From a candidate division FCPU426 bacterium (GTDB lineage: Bacteria; Oederibacteriota; Muellerivitia; Muellerivitales; Muellerivitaceae): DNA of 64,000 nt. This document shows, piece by piece, positions 29,624 to 39,080 of this stretch (position 1 is its first letter; each line of letters starts with the position of its first letter). Position numbers and translations under genes: made by a program. Location of the stretch: positions 64,001-128,000 of the forward strand of contig CAVTWJ010000001.1 in assembly GCA_963738405.1 (NCBI GenBank). The letters are read 5' to 3'. The notes under the pieces are model-generated. The model was not told where the DNA came from and ran no database searches. It saw nothing but the letters and a program-made list of their open reading frames with translations.

Positions 29624-30478
29624 GTGAAAGGTTTTGCCTGTTGCCCCCCCGCCGGGGGTTCCTACGGCTCCTTCCGGTTTTACCTGGTTAGCGGGCTGGG
29701 CATCGCCCTTAGCCTGGGTTTGACCCTCTACTTTTGCTTTTCAATGTCAAATGGAATGGATATGCCCGGCGGTTGGCGCATGTCCATGATGTGGATGAGA
29801 ATGCCGGGGCAGAGCTGGCTTGATTCGGCTGGCATGTTTCTGGCCATGTGGCTTTCGATGATGGTGGCCATGATGCTTCCTTCGCTCATGGTCAAACTAC
29901 TCCTCTTTTACCGTTCGCTGGTTTGGAAAAGGGCCGATCACCCGGGCCTTTCCACCCTATCTGTGGGGGCCGGTTACTTTTTGGTTTGGACCGCCCTGGG
30001 CGCGGGAGTTTACGCCCTCGGCATCCCTTGGGCCATCATGGCCATGCGCTTTTCCCCATTAAGCCGGGCGGTGCCATTCCTCACCGGGGTAGCGCTTGTC
30101 CTCGCCGGGCTTTACCAATTTAGCCGGTGGAAAGAACAGGGATTAGCGAGTTGCCGAAGGCCTATCGTTTATGGCTATATCCCTAAGCGGGGCCGAAAGG
30201 CCAAACCCAAAAAAGACCAACCAGAAATTATTGAGGACGAAGGTTTATGGAACTCTCTCGTGCAGGGGTTTAGCCAGGGCTTCCATTGCGCGGTTTGCTG
30301 CGCGGGTTCCATGTTGACCCTTGTGGCATTGGGGGCCATGAATCTTTTTGTCATGCTAGTGGTCGCCCTTGTGATCGCCCTAGAAAAACTCTTGCCCCAG
30401 CCCCAGGGAATGGTGAAGGTCTCTGGTTTTTTGGCAGTAGCTTTGGGGGTTTCGTTGATCGTTCGCTTGTTTATTTAA
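29624..30478 (+). CDS. DUF2182 metal-binding integral membrane protein
   Basis: WLSMMVAMMLPS, YQFSRWK, CAVCC...M, EKLLP; usual neighbour of DUF899. Confidence 0.85.
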   Translation: MKGFACCPPAGGSYGSFRFYLVSGLGIALSLGLTLYFCFSMSNGMDMPGGWRMSMMWMRMPGQSWLDSAGMFLAMWLSMMVAMMLPSLMVKLLLFYRSLVWKRADHPGLSTLSVGAGYFLVWTALGAGVYALGIPWAIMAMRFSPLSRAVPFLTGVALVLAGLYQFSRWKEQGLASCRRPIVYGYIPKRGRKAKPKKDQPEIIEDEGLWNSLVQGFSQGFHCAVCCAGSMLTLVALGAMNLFVMLVVALVIALEKLLPQPQGMVKVSGFLAVALGVSLIVRLFI

Positions 30479-30494
30479 TAATTCCGGTTGCGCC

Positions 30495-30538
30495 TTGACG
30501 GCTTTCATCCTCCAATGTATATTCAATGTAGATACATT
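30495..30538 (+). promoter_or_regulatory. mazEF promoter with operator palindrome
   Basis: TTGACG-17 nt-TATATT; AATGTA-GA-TACATT just downstream. Confidence 0.7.
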
Positions 30539-30555
30539 AATTCCGAGGTGTTTTT

Positions 30556-30795
30556 ATGAAATCGGTCGTTCAAAAGTGGGGAAATAGCCTGGCATTGCGG
30601 ATTCCCAAGGCCATGGCGGAGCATATCAAGGTCAGGGAAGGGGCGCCGGTGGAAATAACCGGGGAAAAGGGAGGCCTTTGGATCAGGACCTCAAAGACGA
30701 AAAAGACTCTCAAGGAATTGCTTGCGAATGTCACCCCAGAAAACCTGCATGGTGAAACCCAAACTGGCCATGTGGTCGGCAAAGAGATCTGGTAA
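30556..30795 (+). CDS. mazE: AbrB/MazE antitoxin
   Basis: VQKWGNSLALRIP...LKELL...TPENLH.E...G.E. Confidence 0.92.
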   Translation: MKSVVQKWGNSLALRIPKAMAEHIKVREGAPVEITGEKGGLWIRTSKTKKTLKELLANVTPENLHGETQTGHVVGKEIW

Positions 30796-30798
30796 TCC

Positions 30799-31134
30799 AT
30801 GGAATATGTCCCTGATCGCGGCGATGTGGTTTGGCTTAACTTCAACCCCCAAGCGGGTAGGGAACAGGCGGGCCACCGCCCTGCCCTGGTTTTATCTCCG
30901 AAGGAATACAACCGAAAAACCGGGCTAGCCGTGATGTGCCCCATGACCACCCAAGTCAAGGGTTACCCCTTTGAGGTGGAAATAACCACCGGCGCCCAGC
31001 GCGGGGTTGTCCTTTCGGACCACTTAAAGAATCTTGATTGGCGGGAACGAAAAGTGACCTTTAAAGGGAAAGCCTCCCAGTCGGTGCTCAAGGAAGTGAC
31101 GGAGAAAATCTCGGCTCTCTTGGCGATTGAGTAA
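30799..31134 (+). CDS. mazF: MazF endoribonuclease toxin
   Basis: YVPDRGDVVWLNFNPQAGREQAGHRPALVLSP, KGYPFEV. Confidence 0.95.
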   Translation: MEYVPDRGDVVWLNFNPQAGREQAGHRPALVLSPKEYNRKTGLAVMCPMTTQVKGYPFEVEITTGAQRGVVLSDHLKNLDWRERKVTFKGKASQSVLKEVTEKISALLAIE

Positions 31135-31170
31135 TTAACTAAATCCGTTAAAAACAAAAGAGGTAATTGA

Positions 31171-31401
31171 ATGGAAGAAATTGAAAAAATCATCGCGGTC
31201 ATCTGGAAGCTCGAGGGTGAGTGGAAAAAAACGCTCGATGTTTTTTACATCGAAAACGATGACGACGAATTGGACAAGCTGGAAGATAAGTTTCCCGTGC
31301 CTGAATACGAGGTCTATACCTGGTACGGGTCCACGCTGGAAGAATGCCCCATCAAGAAGGGCAAGGTATACACCAAGGATTACGACCCCTATATGAAATA
31401 G
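31171..31401 (+). CDS. Small acidic hypothetical protein
   Basis: AGAGGT RBS; 76 aa; no family recognised. Confidence 0.55.
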   Translation: MEEIEKIIAVIWKLEGEWKKTLDVFYIENDDDELDKLEDKFPVPEYEVYTWYGSTLEECPIKKGKVYTKDYDPYMK

Positions 31402-31436
31402 ACGACGGGTCTAAACTTGGCCCCTTTTGGGGCCGG

Positions 31437-32030
31437 TCAATCCATGATTCCCTTACCCTTGAGAATTTGAGACCTGTATTTTTCTATTCTCGATTCGCGG
31501 GTTTGGGATTGTTTGGCCGATGAAAAATAAAGCAGGTAGGCCCTTTGCCGACCAGGCGTCAGGGCGTGAAAAGCGGTGTTCAAGGCGCCGTTTTCTTTTA
31601 GCTTCTTTTGGAATTCCTCCGGCATTTTGAATTCCGAAGTCTTTTTCATTTTGATCTTCAAACCGGATTTTTCCACCGCTATGGCTTCGTGGATATAGGC
31701 TTTTAAGGTGGATTTCATCGACATGATTTCCTGGACATTGGCGAACCTTATCTGGCGCCCCGCCTGCACATTTTCCGTTTGTTGGATGAGAATGCCCTTG
31801 GGGTCTTTCATCAAAGCGCCCTTCATAAACAAAAGCGCGCAATATTCTTTAAACCCATGGATCAAAACGATGTTTTTATTCTCGAAAGTGTAACAGGGTT
31901 GATACCACTTCAATTCCTCGGTCAGACCGCATTCGAGAATGATCATTCTCAACTTCTGTAATTCTTCCCGCCATTGTTCGGCTCTGCTTAAAACCGCGTC
32001 TACCTTGGGATTGGTTTTCGCCTTTGCCAT
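31437..32030 (-). CDS. YdeI/OmpD-associated (DUF1801) family protein
   Basis: EELKW.QPCY, GFKEYCALLF, LTPGRQRAY, AKQSQTR..RI. Confidence 0.88.
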   Translation of the reverse strand: MAKAKTNPKVDAVLSRAEQWREELQKLRMIILECGLTEELKWYQPCYTFENKNIVLIHGFKEYCALLFMKGALMKDPKGILIQQTENVQAGRQIRFANVQEIMSMKSTLKAYIHEAIAVEKSGLKIKMKKTSEFKMPEEFQKKLKENGALNTAFHALTPGRQRAYLLYFSSAKQSQTRESRIEKYRSQILKGKGIMD

Positions 32031-32203
32031 AACCTGCCTCCCCTGTACTGCCACCAAGAATGATCGAATCCTTACCTTAATAGCTGAATGGGCCGTTGGA
32101 AATAAAGGTGCTTTTAACACAAATAACCATTTATTTTTCAATATCTGATGGTTTTAACTGTGTGGGTGTTTGAAAAAAGGGATTCATTGGTAACAAGAGG
32201 CGG

Positions 32204-32279
32204 GATATGAAAAACATTTCTATTCGCAAGGCGGTAGAGGCGGATCTTGCCGCCATCAACGACATCTACAATTTCTACG
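32204..32279 (+). pseudogene. Duplicated 5' fragment of the GNAT gene at 37785
   Basis: 76 bp matching 37782-37857 with 4 mismatches; encodes MKNISIRKAVEADLAAINDIYNFY and then diverges. Confidence 0.85.
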
Positions 32280-32623
32280 GCCTGAAATTTTTCTTTTAAA
32301 GCCTGAAACAGTACACGGCATGGATTGTTTTTTTCAAAAATATCGACGGTTTGGGATTTCCATTTCGTTTTGTACATCAGTAATTATCTAAAACAGCATT
32401 AAAGCCCAATGAATCGGACTATGTTTGATTTGTATTTTGTACATATCTATATGACAAATATGGACTTATGATCTAAATCAAATTCGACTTGGTTCAATTC
32501 GCTTAAGGGCGGCCCAAACGAATCCGAAAGGATTGTCCGTACGAACGCCCCAAACAAACCTCTTTTTAAAAAACAAAATCAATCCGGTAATCCCTCCAAA
32601 GCCGTTAAGGTTTGGAGGCGAGC

Positions 32624-33022
32624 ATGAGTTTTACCTCACGAAATAACACCGACAACAGCCCGCCCATTCTTAAACCTTCCCATTTAACAACCGACGAAGA
32701 AAATCTCGAAACCGGCGAAAGACTTTTCCGCGTTTTCGTGGAAAACGTCAAGGATTACGCCATTATCTTTCTGGACCCCCAGGGATTCGTGAGGACCTGG
32801 AACGAAGGGGCCCGGAAATTCAAGGGCTACGAGAAATCTGAAATTATCGGCAAGCATTATTCCTGTTTTTACACGCCTGAGGACATCGCGGCCAACCACT
32901 CGGCGGAATCGCTCAATTCCGCCTTTGAAAAGGGTTTTAAAGTGAAGGCGTTTTCCATAAAACGGCCTCATTTCCGTTTTAAGGGAAAGACCCGGGAGAT
33001 TCTTAATCGGAGGGATTCATGA
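32624..33022 (+). pseudogene. Truncated PAS-domain sensor remnant
   Basis: FRVFVENVKDYAIIFLDPQG...WNEGA...GY...EIIGKH.S.FY; similarity stops mid-PAS and no output domain follows. Confidence 0.65.
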
Positions 33023-35154
33023 GGGCTTCTGGGAAAAAAGTTTTTGGAAAATTCATTTGTAAAGCCTTGCTGACGTGCGTCCTTCTCAACCTTCCAATGA
33101 TATCCCGCGCGGATATGTCAAAGGAAACCGACGCCCAAACGCCCCAGGCTTCCGCCGGCGTTTCCACGCCCATGACCGATGAGACGCCTGTCGAAGCCGA
33201 ACCCACTAAAGATTTGACCCAATTAAGCCTGGAAAGCCTGGCCGGCCTGAACGTTCAGGTGGTATCGGCTTCCAAGAAGGCCGAATCGCTGCGGGATGCC
33301 ACCTCGGCCATTTTCGTCATCACCCAGGACGACATTCAACAAAGCGGCGCCCGGCATTTGGCGGACCTGTTTCGGATGGTGCCGGGCTTGCTGGTTTCCC
33401 GCGTGGACGCCAGCCAATGGACCGTGACGGCGCGGGGATTCAATTCGCTTTATAACGCCAATATGCTGGTTCTGATCGACGGCCGCAGCGTTTACCAGAC
33501 CACCTTTGGGGGCGTGAATTGGGATGAATGGGACATTCCCTTGGCGGATATCGACCGCATCGAGGTCATCCGCGGACCCGGCGGCACCTTGTGGGGGTCC
33601 AACGCCGTCAACGGCATCGTCAACATCATCACCAAGGATTCAAAAGCGACCCAGGGTTTTTACGCCGCCAGCCTGACCGGCAGCGACAACAATGACATGG
33701 CGTCCCTTCGTTGGGGCGGGAAGATGGGTGACGACCTTTTTTACCGGGTTTACGCCAAAACCGAGAACCAGGGGCCCTTTTCCGATCCGGAGGAACCCAC
33801 CGGCTCGGGGCAAGACCAGTGGACTTCCCAACAGGCGGGGTTCCGGGTGGATTGGCACGCGGAAAAGGACCTCCTCACCTTCCAGGGGGATTACCAGTTG
33901 ATCAATTCCTACCAGCCGGGAGTCGTTTTTAACGCCGCCACCTTGCAGTCCTACTCCTCGGATGACGATACGGTGGACAGGGACGCCCACTTGCTGGCGA
34001 ACTGGGTCCATACCTTTTCAGACGGCTCGGAGTTGGAATTGAAGTCCTATTACGACCAGATCGGCTTGTCCGTGCCCGACGGCCAGGATACCGTTTTGAA
34101 TACCCTCGACGTTGAATTTCAGCACCGGTTCCTTTTGAATGATTGGAACGAAGTCACCTGGGGCGGGGATTTCCGGAATGTTTCCGACGATTACAACACC
34201 CCTTACGCCAGTTATTATTTTCCCGAACAGGCCTCATTGAACACCTATGGCGGTTTCCTGCAGGACAAACTAACCCTCTCTTCCAACCTGCTTTACCTGA
34301 CGGCGGGGACCAAGGTGGAAAACAATCCCTATACCGGATCGGAATGGGAACCTTCGGGCCGGCTGCTCTTCACGCCCGATGCCAACAACAGTATTTGGGC
34401 GGCGGTCTCGCGAACCGTGGGGGTTCCCAGCCGCGCGGAGGAAAGCGTGGCTTTCTTCCAGCAGGGTTTTACGGCGCCGGGGCCGACCACCTTTTACGTG
34501 GCCCTGGCCGGAAACCCCAACCTGACGGCGGAGGATGTGCTGACCTACGAATTAGGCTATCGGACCAATCTGGCCCCCAAGGTCTCGCTTGATCTGGCGG
34601 CTTTTTACGACCGTTATGAGGGCATCATCACCGCCGGTTTCACCCAATTCAGCTTTCCCAATTATCCTCCCACGCCCATCGGGGGTTACTACGCCGCTGA
34701 ATTGCAGTCCTTTAACGCCGATGGCGGGGCGGTTTATGGGGCGGAACTCAGCTTGAAATGCCGGATCACGGACCAGCTCAACAGCGCCTGGGCCTACACC
34801 TATAACGGGTATGACGCGGCTTTCAATTCGGTTTCCAATATCTACATCGGGAACCCGCCGCCCCATCACATCGCGGATGGCCGCTTAAGCTGGGATGCCC
34901 TCCCGGGATTCCAGATCAACACCAGCCTCTATTGGGTGGACGCGACTTTTATCAATGACCCCACGGGACAATTTAACGGGGTTGTGGCCGCCTATTCCAT
35001 TTGGGACCTGGGAGCGACCTGGAAAGCCTCCTCCGAATGTGAAATCTCGGTTTGGGGACAGGATTTAGAAGGAACCCATACGGAAGCCTCCTCCTTCCTG
35101 GGCGGTTCCAGGCCCTCCCCCTCCGTCTATGGCCAAATGACCGTTCGTTATTAG
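33019..35154 (+). CDS. TonB-dependent receptor
   Basis: Signal peptide; plug motifs VSASKK, LVLIDGRS, IDRIEVIRGPGGTLWGSNAVNGIVNIITK; C-terminal aromatic residue. Confidence 0.9.
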   Translation: MRASGKKVFGKFICKALLTCVLLNLPMISRADMSKETDAQTPQASAGVSTPMTDETPVEAEPTKDLTQLSLESLAGLNVQVVSASKKAESLRDATSAIFVITQDDIQQSGARHLADLFRMVPGLLVSRVDASQWTVTARGFNSLYNANMLVLIDGRSVYQTTFGGVNWDEWDIPLADIDRIEVIRGPGGTLWGSNAVNGIVNIITKDSKATQGFYAASLTGSDNNDMASLRWGGKMGDDLFYRVYAKTENQGPFSDPEEPTGSGQDQWTSQQAGFRVDWHAEKDLLTFQGDYQLINSYQPGVVFNAATLQSYSSDDDTVDRDAHLLANWVHTFSDGSELELKSYYDQIGLSVPDGQDTVLNTLDVEFQHRFLLNDWNEVTWGGDFRNVSDDYNTPYASYYFPEQASLNTYGGFLQDKLTLSSNLLYLTAGTKVENNPYTGSEWEPSGRLLFTPDANNSIWAAVSRTVGVPSRAEESVAFFQQGFTAPGPTTFYVALAGNPNLTAEDVLTYELGYRTNLAPKVSLDLAAFYDRYEGIITAGFTQFSFPNYPPTPIGGYYAAELQSFNADGGAVYGAELSLKCRITDQLNSAWAYTYNGYDAAFNSVSNIYIGNPPPHHIADGRLSWDALPGFQINTSLYWVDATFINDPTGQFNGVVAAYSIWDLGATWKASSECEISVWGQDLEGTHTEASSFLGGSRPSPSVYGQMTVRY

Positions 35155-35167
35155 AAAGAAGGGGAAT

Positions 35168-35713
35168 ACGAAAAACGCTAAAAATTATATTCTCGCTTTC
35201 CTTTTAACCGCGGGGATGCCGGTTTTGGGGCAGATTTCCGAATATGGGGTTAAGGCCGCTTACCTGTTCAATTTCGCCAAGTTTGTGGAATGGCCCGCCG
35301 GCGCTTTTGAAAATGAGGCCTCGCCGATTTTGATCGGAGTCCTGGGGGAAGACCCCTTCGGCGGGGAATTGGACAAGGCGGTGGAGGGAAAAAACGTAGC
35401 CGGGCGCTCCCTTCGGATCAAGCGTTTCGGCGATTTCGATGAAAACCAGGCTCCCCAATTGCGCAAGTGCCAAATTCTCTTTATCGCTTATTCCGAGGAG
35501 GGCAACCTGCCGGCCATTTTGAGGGCCCTCAACGGGGCCAGCGTGTTGACGGTTTCGGAAATCGAGGGATTTCCCCAGAAAGGCGGAATCATTCTCTTCG
35601 ACTTGGAAGGGGACCGGGTCACCCTCGGCATTAACCCCACTACCGCCCGAAGGGGAAATTTAATCCTCAACTCGAAACTGCTTCATGTGGCGAAAATTTA
35701 CGGCTCGGAGTAA
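35168..35713 (+). CDS. YfiR-family (DUF4154) periplasmic protein; start uncertain (ACG 35168 or ATG 35216)
   Basis: EYGVKAAYLFNFAKFVEWP, IGVLGEDPFG, CQILFI, VLTVSE, SKLL.VA. Confidence 0.85.
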   Translation, partial: TKNAKNYILAFLLTAGMPVLGQISEYGVKAAYLFNFAKFVEWPAGAFENEASPILIGVLGEDPFGGELDKAVEGKNVAGRSLRIKRFGDFDENQAPQLRKCQILFIAYSEEGNLPAILRALNGASVLTVSEIEGFPQKGGIILFDLEGDRVTLGINPTTARRGNLILNSKLLHVAKIYGSE

Positions 35714-35716
35714 TTC

Positions 35717-37120
35717 ATGTTGATCGTCAATTTCAAGAACATGCCGTTAAGAAAAAAAATATTAACCATCACCGTTATTTCGACCTCCGTTTCGCTGTTG
35801 ATGGCGTGCCTGTGTTTCTTTTCGTACGAAAGGATGACCTATCCTGAAACCCGGCTCCAAAGCCTTTCCGCTTGGGTTCAAATTCTCGGGGACAACAGCA
35901 CGGCGGCCTTGACGTTCAACGATAAAAAAACGGCGGATGAAATGTTGAAAACGTTGAAATCCAACCCCCATATCCTCCGGGCGTGCCTGTACGACGCCAA
36001 GGGGAAGGTTTTCGCCGAGTATGAAAAAGGCAACGTTTCGCCTTTTCCCGCCGCCGCCGGATACGCGCAAGCGGTCTACGCCGGGGGAACCCTCCGGGTT
36101 TTCCGGGATATTCTTTCAGGCGGGGACCGGGTGGGTTCCATCTACCTTGAACAGGATACCGAAGAGTTGAAATCCCGCCTGGCCACCTACGCGCTCATGG
36201 CCCTTATCATCGGCTTTCTGTCCTTCTTCGTTTCATTGACGGTCGCTTCCAGGCTCCAGCGCTATGTCACCCGGCCGCTTCAAAATATCGTGGAACGGAT
36301 GAAGGATATTTCCCGCGGCGAGGGAGACCTGACCAAACGCCTGGAGGCTTCCGGCAAGGATGAAATCGGCGATGTGGCGGAAGCCTTCAACGCTTTCGTC
36401 GGCAAATTGCAAACCGTGGCCGAGATGAAATTGGACCTGATCTCGGTGGTTTCCCACCAATTGAAGACCCCGGTGGCGGAAATCAACGGTTTTATCGAGA
36501 ACATGATGGAAGGCTTGGCCGGCGACTTAACCCTAAAACAAAAACAATACCTGGATGAAATGAGGCTGATCGGCCGGGAAAACTACCGGCTGATCGGCGA
36601 CCTTTTGAGCGTCAGCAAGATCGAAAGGGGCGTGGTTTCGGTGGCCCTGAAGAGCGTTTGGGCGAGGGAAGCGGTGACCCTGGCGGTCCGGGATTACGAC
36701 CAAACCATGCAGCAAAAGGGGTTAACCCTCCTACTGGAAGGAATGGATTTAAATGTCCATCTTTACGCCGACCGCGAAAAAGTGGTGGAAGCCCTGCGCA
36801 ACGTGTTGAACAACGCCATCAAATGCACGGACAAGGGTACGATCACCCTCCGAATCGGCAGCGAAGGGGACATGGGCGTGATTGAAGTCAAAGATACCGG
36901 CATCGGGATGGATGAGGCGACCCTGGGCCGCTTGTTCACCCAGAACCGGGTTTTGGGCAAGGAAGCCCACCGTTCCGGGGCGGGGCTGGGCCTTTATATC
37001 TCAAAGCATTTCATGAAGCTTCAAAAGGGCGACATCACGGTGACTTCGGAAGTGGGAAAGGGAAGCTGTTTCAAGCTGATGGTTCCCAAATTCAAGGAAT
37101 GGGAGGGGCCCGACGCATGA
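35717..37120 (+). CDS. Membrane sensor histidine kinase (CHASE-like periplasmic domain, HAMP, HisKA, HATPase)
   Basis: NSTAALTFND, HAMP DEIGDVAEAFN, SHQLKTP, NVLNNAIK, DTGIG, GAGLGL. Confidence 0.9.
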   Translation: MLIVNFKNMPLRKKILTITVISTSVSLLMACLCFFSYERMTYPETRLQSLSAWVQILGDNSTAALTFNDKKTADEMLKTLKSNPHILRACLYDAKGKVFAEYEKGNVSPFPAAAGYAQAVYAGGTLRVFRDILSGGDRVGSIYLEQDTEELKSRLATYALMALIIGFLSFFVSLTVASRLQRYVTRPLQNIVERMKDISRGEGDLTKRLEASGKDEIGDVAEAFNAFVGKLQTVAEMKLDLISVVSHQLKTPVAEINGFIENMMEGLAGDLTLKQKQYLDEMRLIGRENYRLIGDLLSVSKIERGVVSVALKSVWAREAVTLAVRDYDQTMQQKGLTLLLEGMDLNVHLYADREKVVEALRNVLNNAIKCTDKGTITLRIGSEGDMGVIEVKDTGIGMDEATLGRLFTQNRVLGKEAHRSGAGLGLYISKHFMKLQKGDITVTSEVGKGSCFKLMVPKFKEWEGPDA

Positions 37121-37704
37121 ATTCCAAGGGAACGATTTTAATCGTGGAAGACCAAGCGGGATTCCGCATGATTTACGAGGACCTTCTGGCCCATGAGGGG
37201 TACGCGGTCATCACCGCCGGGGACGGGGAACTGGGATGGGAAATGGTGAAAGAAAAAAAACCAAACCTGGTTTTGCTCGATTTGGGGCTTCCCAAGATGG
37301 ATGGGTTCGAGGTGCTCCGCCGGATGAGGGCCGACGCCGAAACGAAAGCCATACCGGTGATTATTTTTTCAGTGATGGGGGAGCCCAACGACATCAAAAA
37401 AGCCATGGAGCTGGGGGCCAACGACTACACCATTAAGGGTTTCTACACTCCCATGCAGATCCTCAGCAAGATCAAAAGCCAGCTCATCCAGATTGAACCC
37501 GTGCGAACGGTCTCGTCCTACAAAATAGGGATGAAAACGGGGAAGGATTCCGCCAAGTTACTGGCGGAAATGGGGCTCCAGGGGTGCCAGTGCCCCGATT
37601 GCGAGGTTGAAATGGAGCTGGAGTTGTTTCCGGATCATGTCCGCGCGGGAACCCACTGGTTCCACACTCGGTTGATTTGTCCACAGTGCGGGAAGCCGGT
37701 TTAG
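37117..37704 (+). CDS. Response regulator with C-terminal Cys4 zinc-ribbon-like domain
   Basis: ILIVED, LLDLGLPKMDG, GANDY.IK; CPDC...CPQC. Confidence 0.85.
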   Translation: MNSKGTILIVEDQAGFRMIYEDLLAHEGYAVITAGDGELGWEMVKEKKPNLVLLDLGLPKMDGFEVLRRMRADAETKAIPVIIFSVMGEPNDIKKAMELGANDYTIKGFYTPMQILSKIKSQLIQIEPVRTVSSYKIGMKTGKDSAKLLAEMGLQGCQCPDCEVEMELELFPDHVRAGTHWFHTRLICPQCGKPV

Positions 37705-37784
37705 GAAATAAAACCGGGCCGTGGTAACCTGGCCTGAAATTTATATATTCTTCAGGATGGTCCCATAAGGTCATGGGGTTCGAT

Positions 37785-38279
37785 ATGAAAAACATTTCGA
37801 TTCGCAAAGCGGTAGAGGCGGACCTTGCCGCTATCAACGACATCTACAATTTCTACGTCATCAACTCCACCTGCACCTTTCAAACCGAACCTTCCACAGC
37901 CCTTGAACGCGTCATGTGGTTTAAGGAGCATCCGGACCCCTATTTCATCACCGTGGCCGAGGTGGAGGGCAAGGTGATCGGCTGGGCTTCGGTTTCCAGG
38001 TACCATCCCCGGGCCGGCTATGCCCAGACGGTCGAAAATTCGGTTTATGTCCACCACGAATGGCTTCATCAGGGAATCGGCCAAATTTTATTGGAAGACA
38101 TGATGCAGCACGCGAGGGCGTTGGGGTTTCACACGATCATTGCCGCCATATCGGACGACCAAACTGCCAGCAAAAAGATTCACGAAAAATTCGGCTTCAC
38201 TTCTTGCGGAAAAATAAACGAGGTCGGGTATAAATTTGGCCGTTGGTTGGATGTGGCCTATCTGCAATTGATGCTTTGA
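37785..38279 (+). CDS. GNAT acetyltransferase (phosphinothricin/YncA-like)
   Basis: INDIYN, STCTF, VENSVYV, QGIG, EVGYKFGRWLD. Confidence 0.9.
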   Translation: MKNISIRKAVEADLAAINDIYNFYVINSTCTFQTEPSTALERVMWFKEHPDPYFITVAEVEGKVIGWASVSRYHPRAGYAQTVENSVYVHHEWLHQGIGQILLEDMMQHARALGFHTIIAAISDDQTASKKIHEKFGFTSCGKINEVGYKFGRWLDVAYLQLML

Positions 38280-38289
38280 ATCGAGGTTC

Positions 38290-38991
38290 TCACCAAACCC
38301 CTAGAACCAGCCGATACCTCACTTTTTTTCGATAGGCCGTATAGCCCTTTAATCCCTTCATCAGGGCCTTTTCCTCACCCAGAATGCGCAGGCAAAACAA
38401 CAGGGTCAAAAAAACGCCCATCATCAAACCGGCCTTGGAATTCAACAGCAGGGGAACGCAGACAAACAACAAGATGCCGCCCAGGTACATGGGGTGGCGG
38501 ATCATGCCGTAAACCCCGGTAGTGACGACCTTTTGCTTGCGCTCTTTTTGAATGCGGATCAAGGGCGAAACGAAACTGTTGTCCGTATAGGAACGGTACG
38601 AAAAAAAGGCGGAAGGAATCAGCCCCAGCGCCCCCAGCCACTCCACCCAAAGGGGAAAGGGCTCAAACCAGTGAAACCTTTTCGCGTCTAAGGGAATGAT
38701 CACGCACCAGGCGATGAATAGGATCATCACGATGGGAACCATCACCTTGTCCCAGCCTTCCTGGTCGCCGGTGTTGGGGTTGCGCAGTCTTTCCCTTAGC
38801 AGACCGGGGTCGTGGAGTACCAGGTAGCGGATGGCGATAAAGGAAAGCCCGAAGTACCAAAGGGTGAAAACCCAAGCCTCGGGCCAAAGCCAGTCTCCCG
38901 AACAACCCAGGATGAGCCCGGGAAAAAGAAGAAGACTGAAAGTCATGTAGAGGATCTGGCCTAAGGTCAGAACCGGTTTGGTTTTTTTCAC
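38290..38991 (-). CDS. Isoprenylcysteine carboxyl methyltransferase family membrane protein
   Basis: NSF.SP.IRIQ, VVTTGVYG.IRHPMY, RILGEEK.L, Y..Y.KKVRYRL. Confidence 0.88.
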   Translation of the reverse strand: MKKTKPVLTLGQILYMTFSLLLFPGLILGCSGDWLWPEAWVFTLWYFGLSFIAIRYLVLHDPGLLRERLRNPNTGDQEGWDKVMVPIVMILFIAWCVIIPLDAKRFHWFEPFPLWVEWLGALGLIPSAFFSYRSYTDNSFVSPLIRIQKERKQKVVTTGVYGMIRHPMYLGGILLFVCVPLLLNSKAGLMMGVFLTLLFCLRILGEEKALMKGLKGYTAYRKKVRYRLVLGVW

Positions 38992-39080
38992 TGTTGCTCC
39001 TTTGGCGGGGTTGCGGATAATCCAGGCCATTATGGACCTTAAACTATGGAACTCGAGATAATGAGGTTAAAATAAACCCG

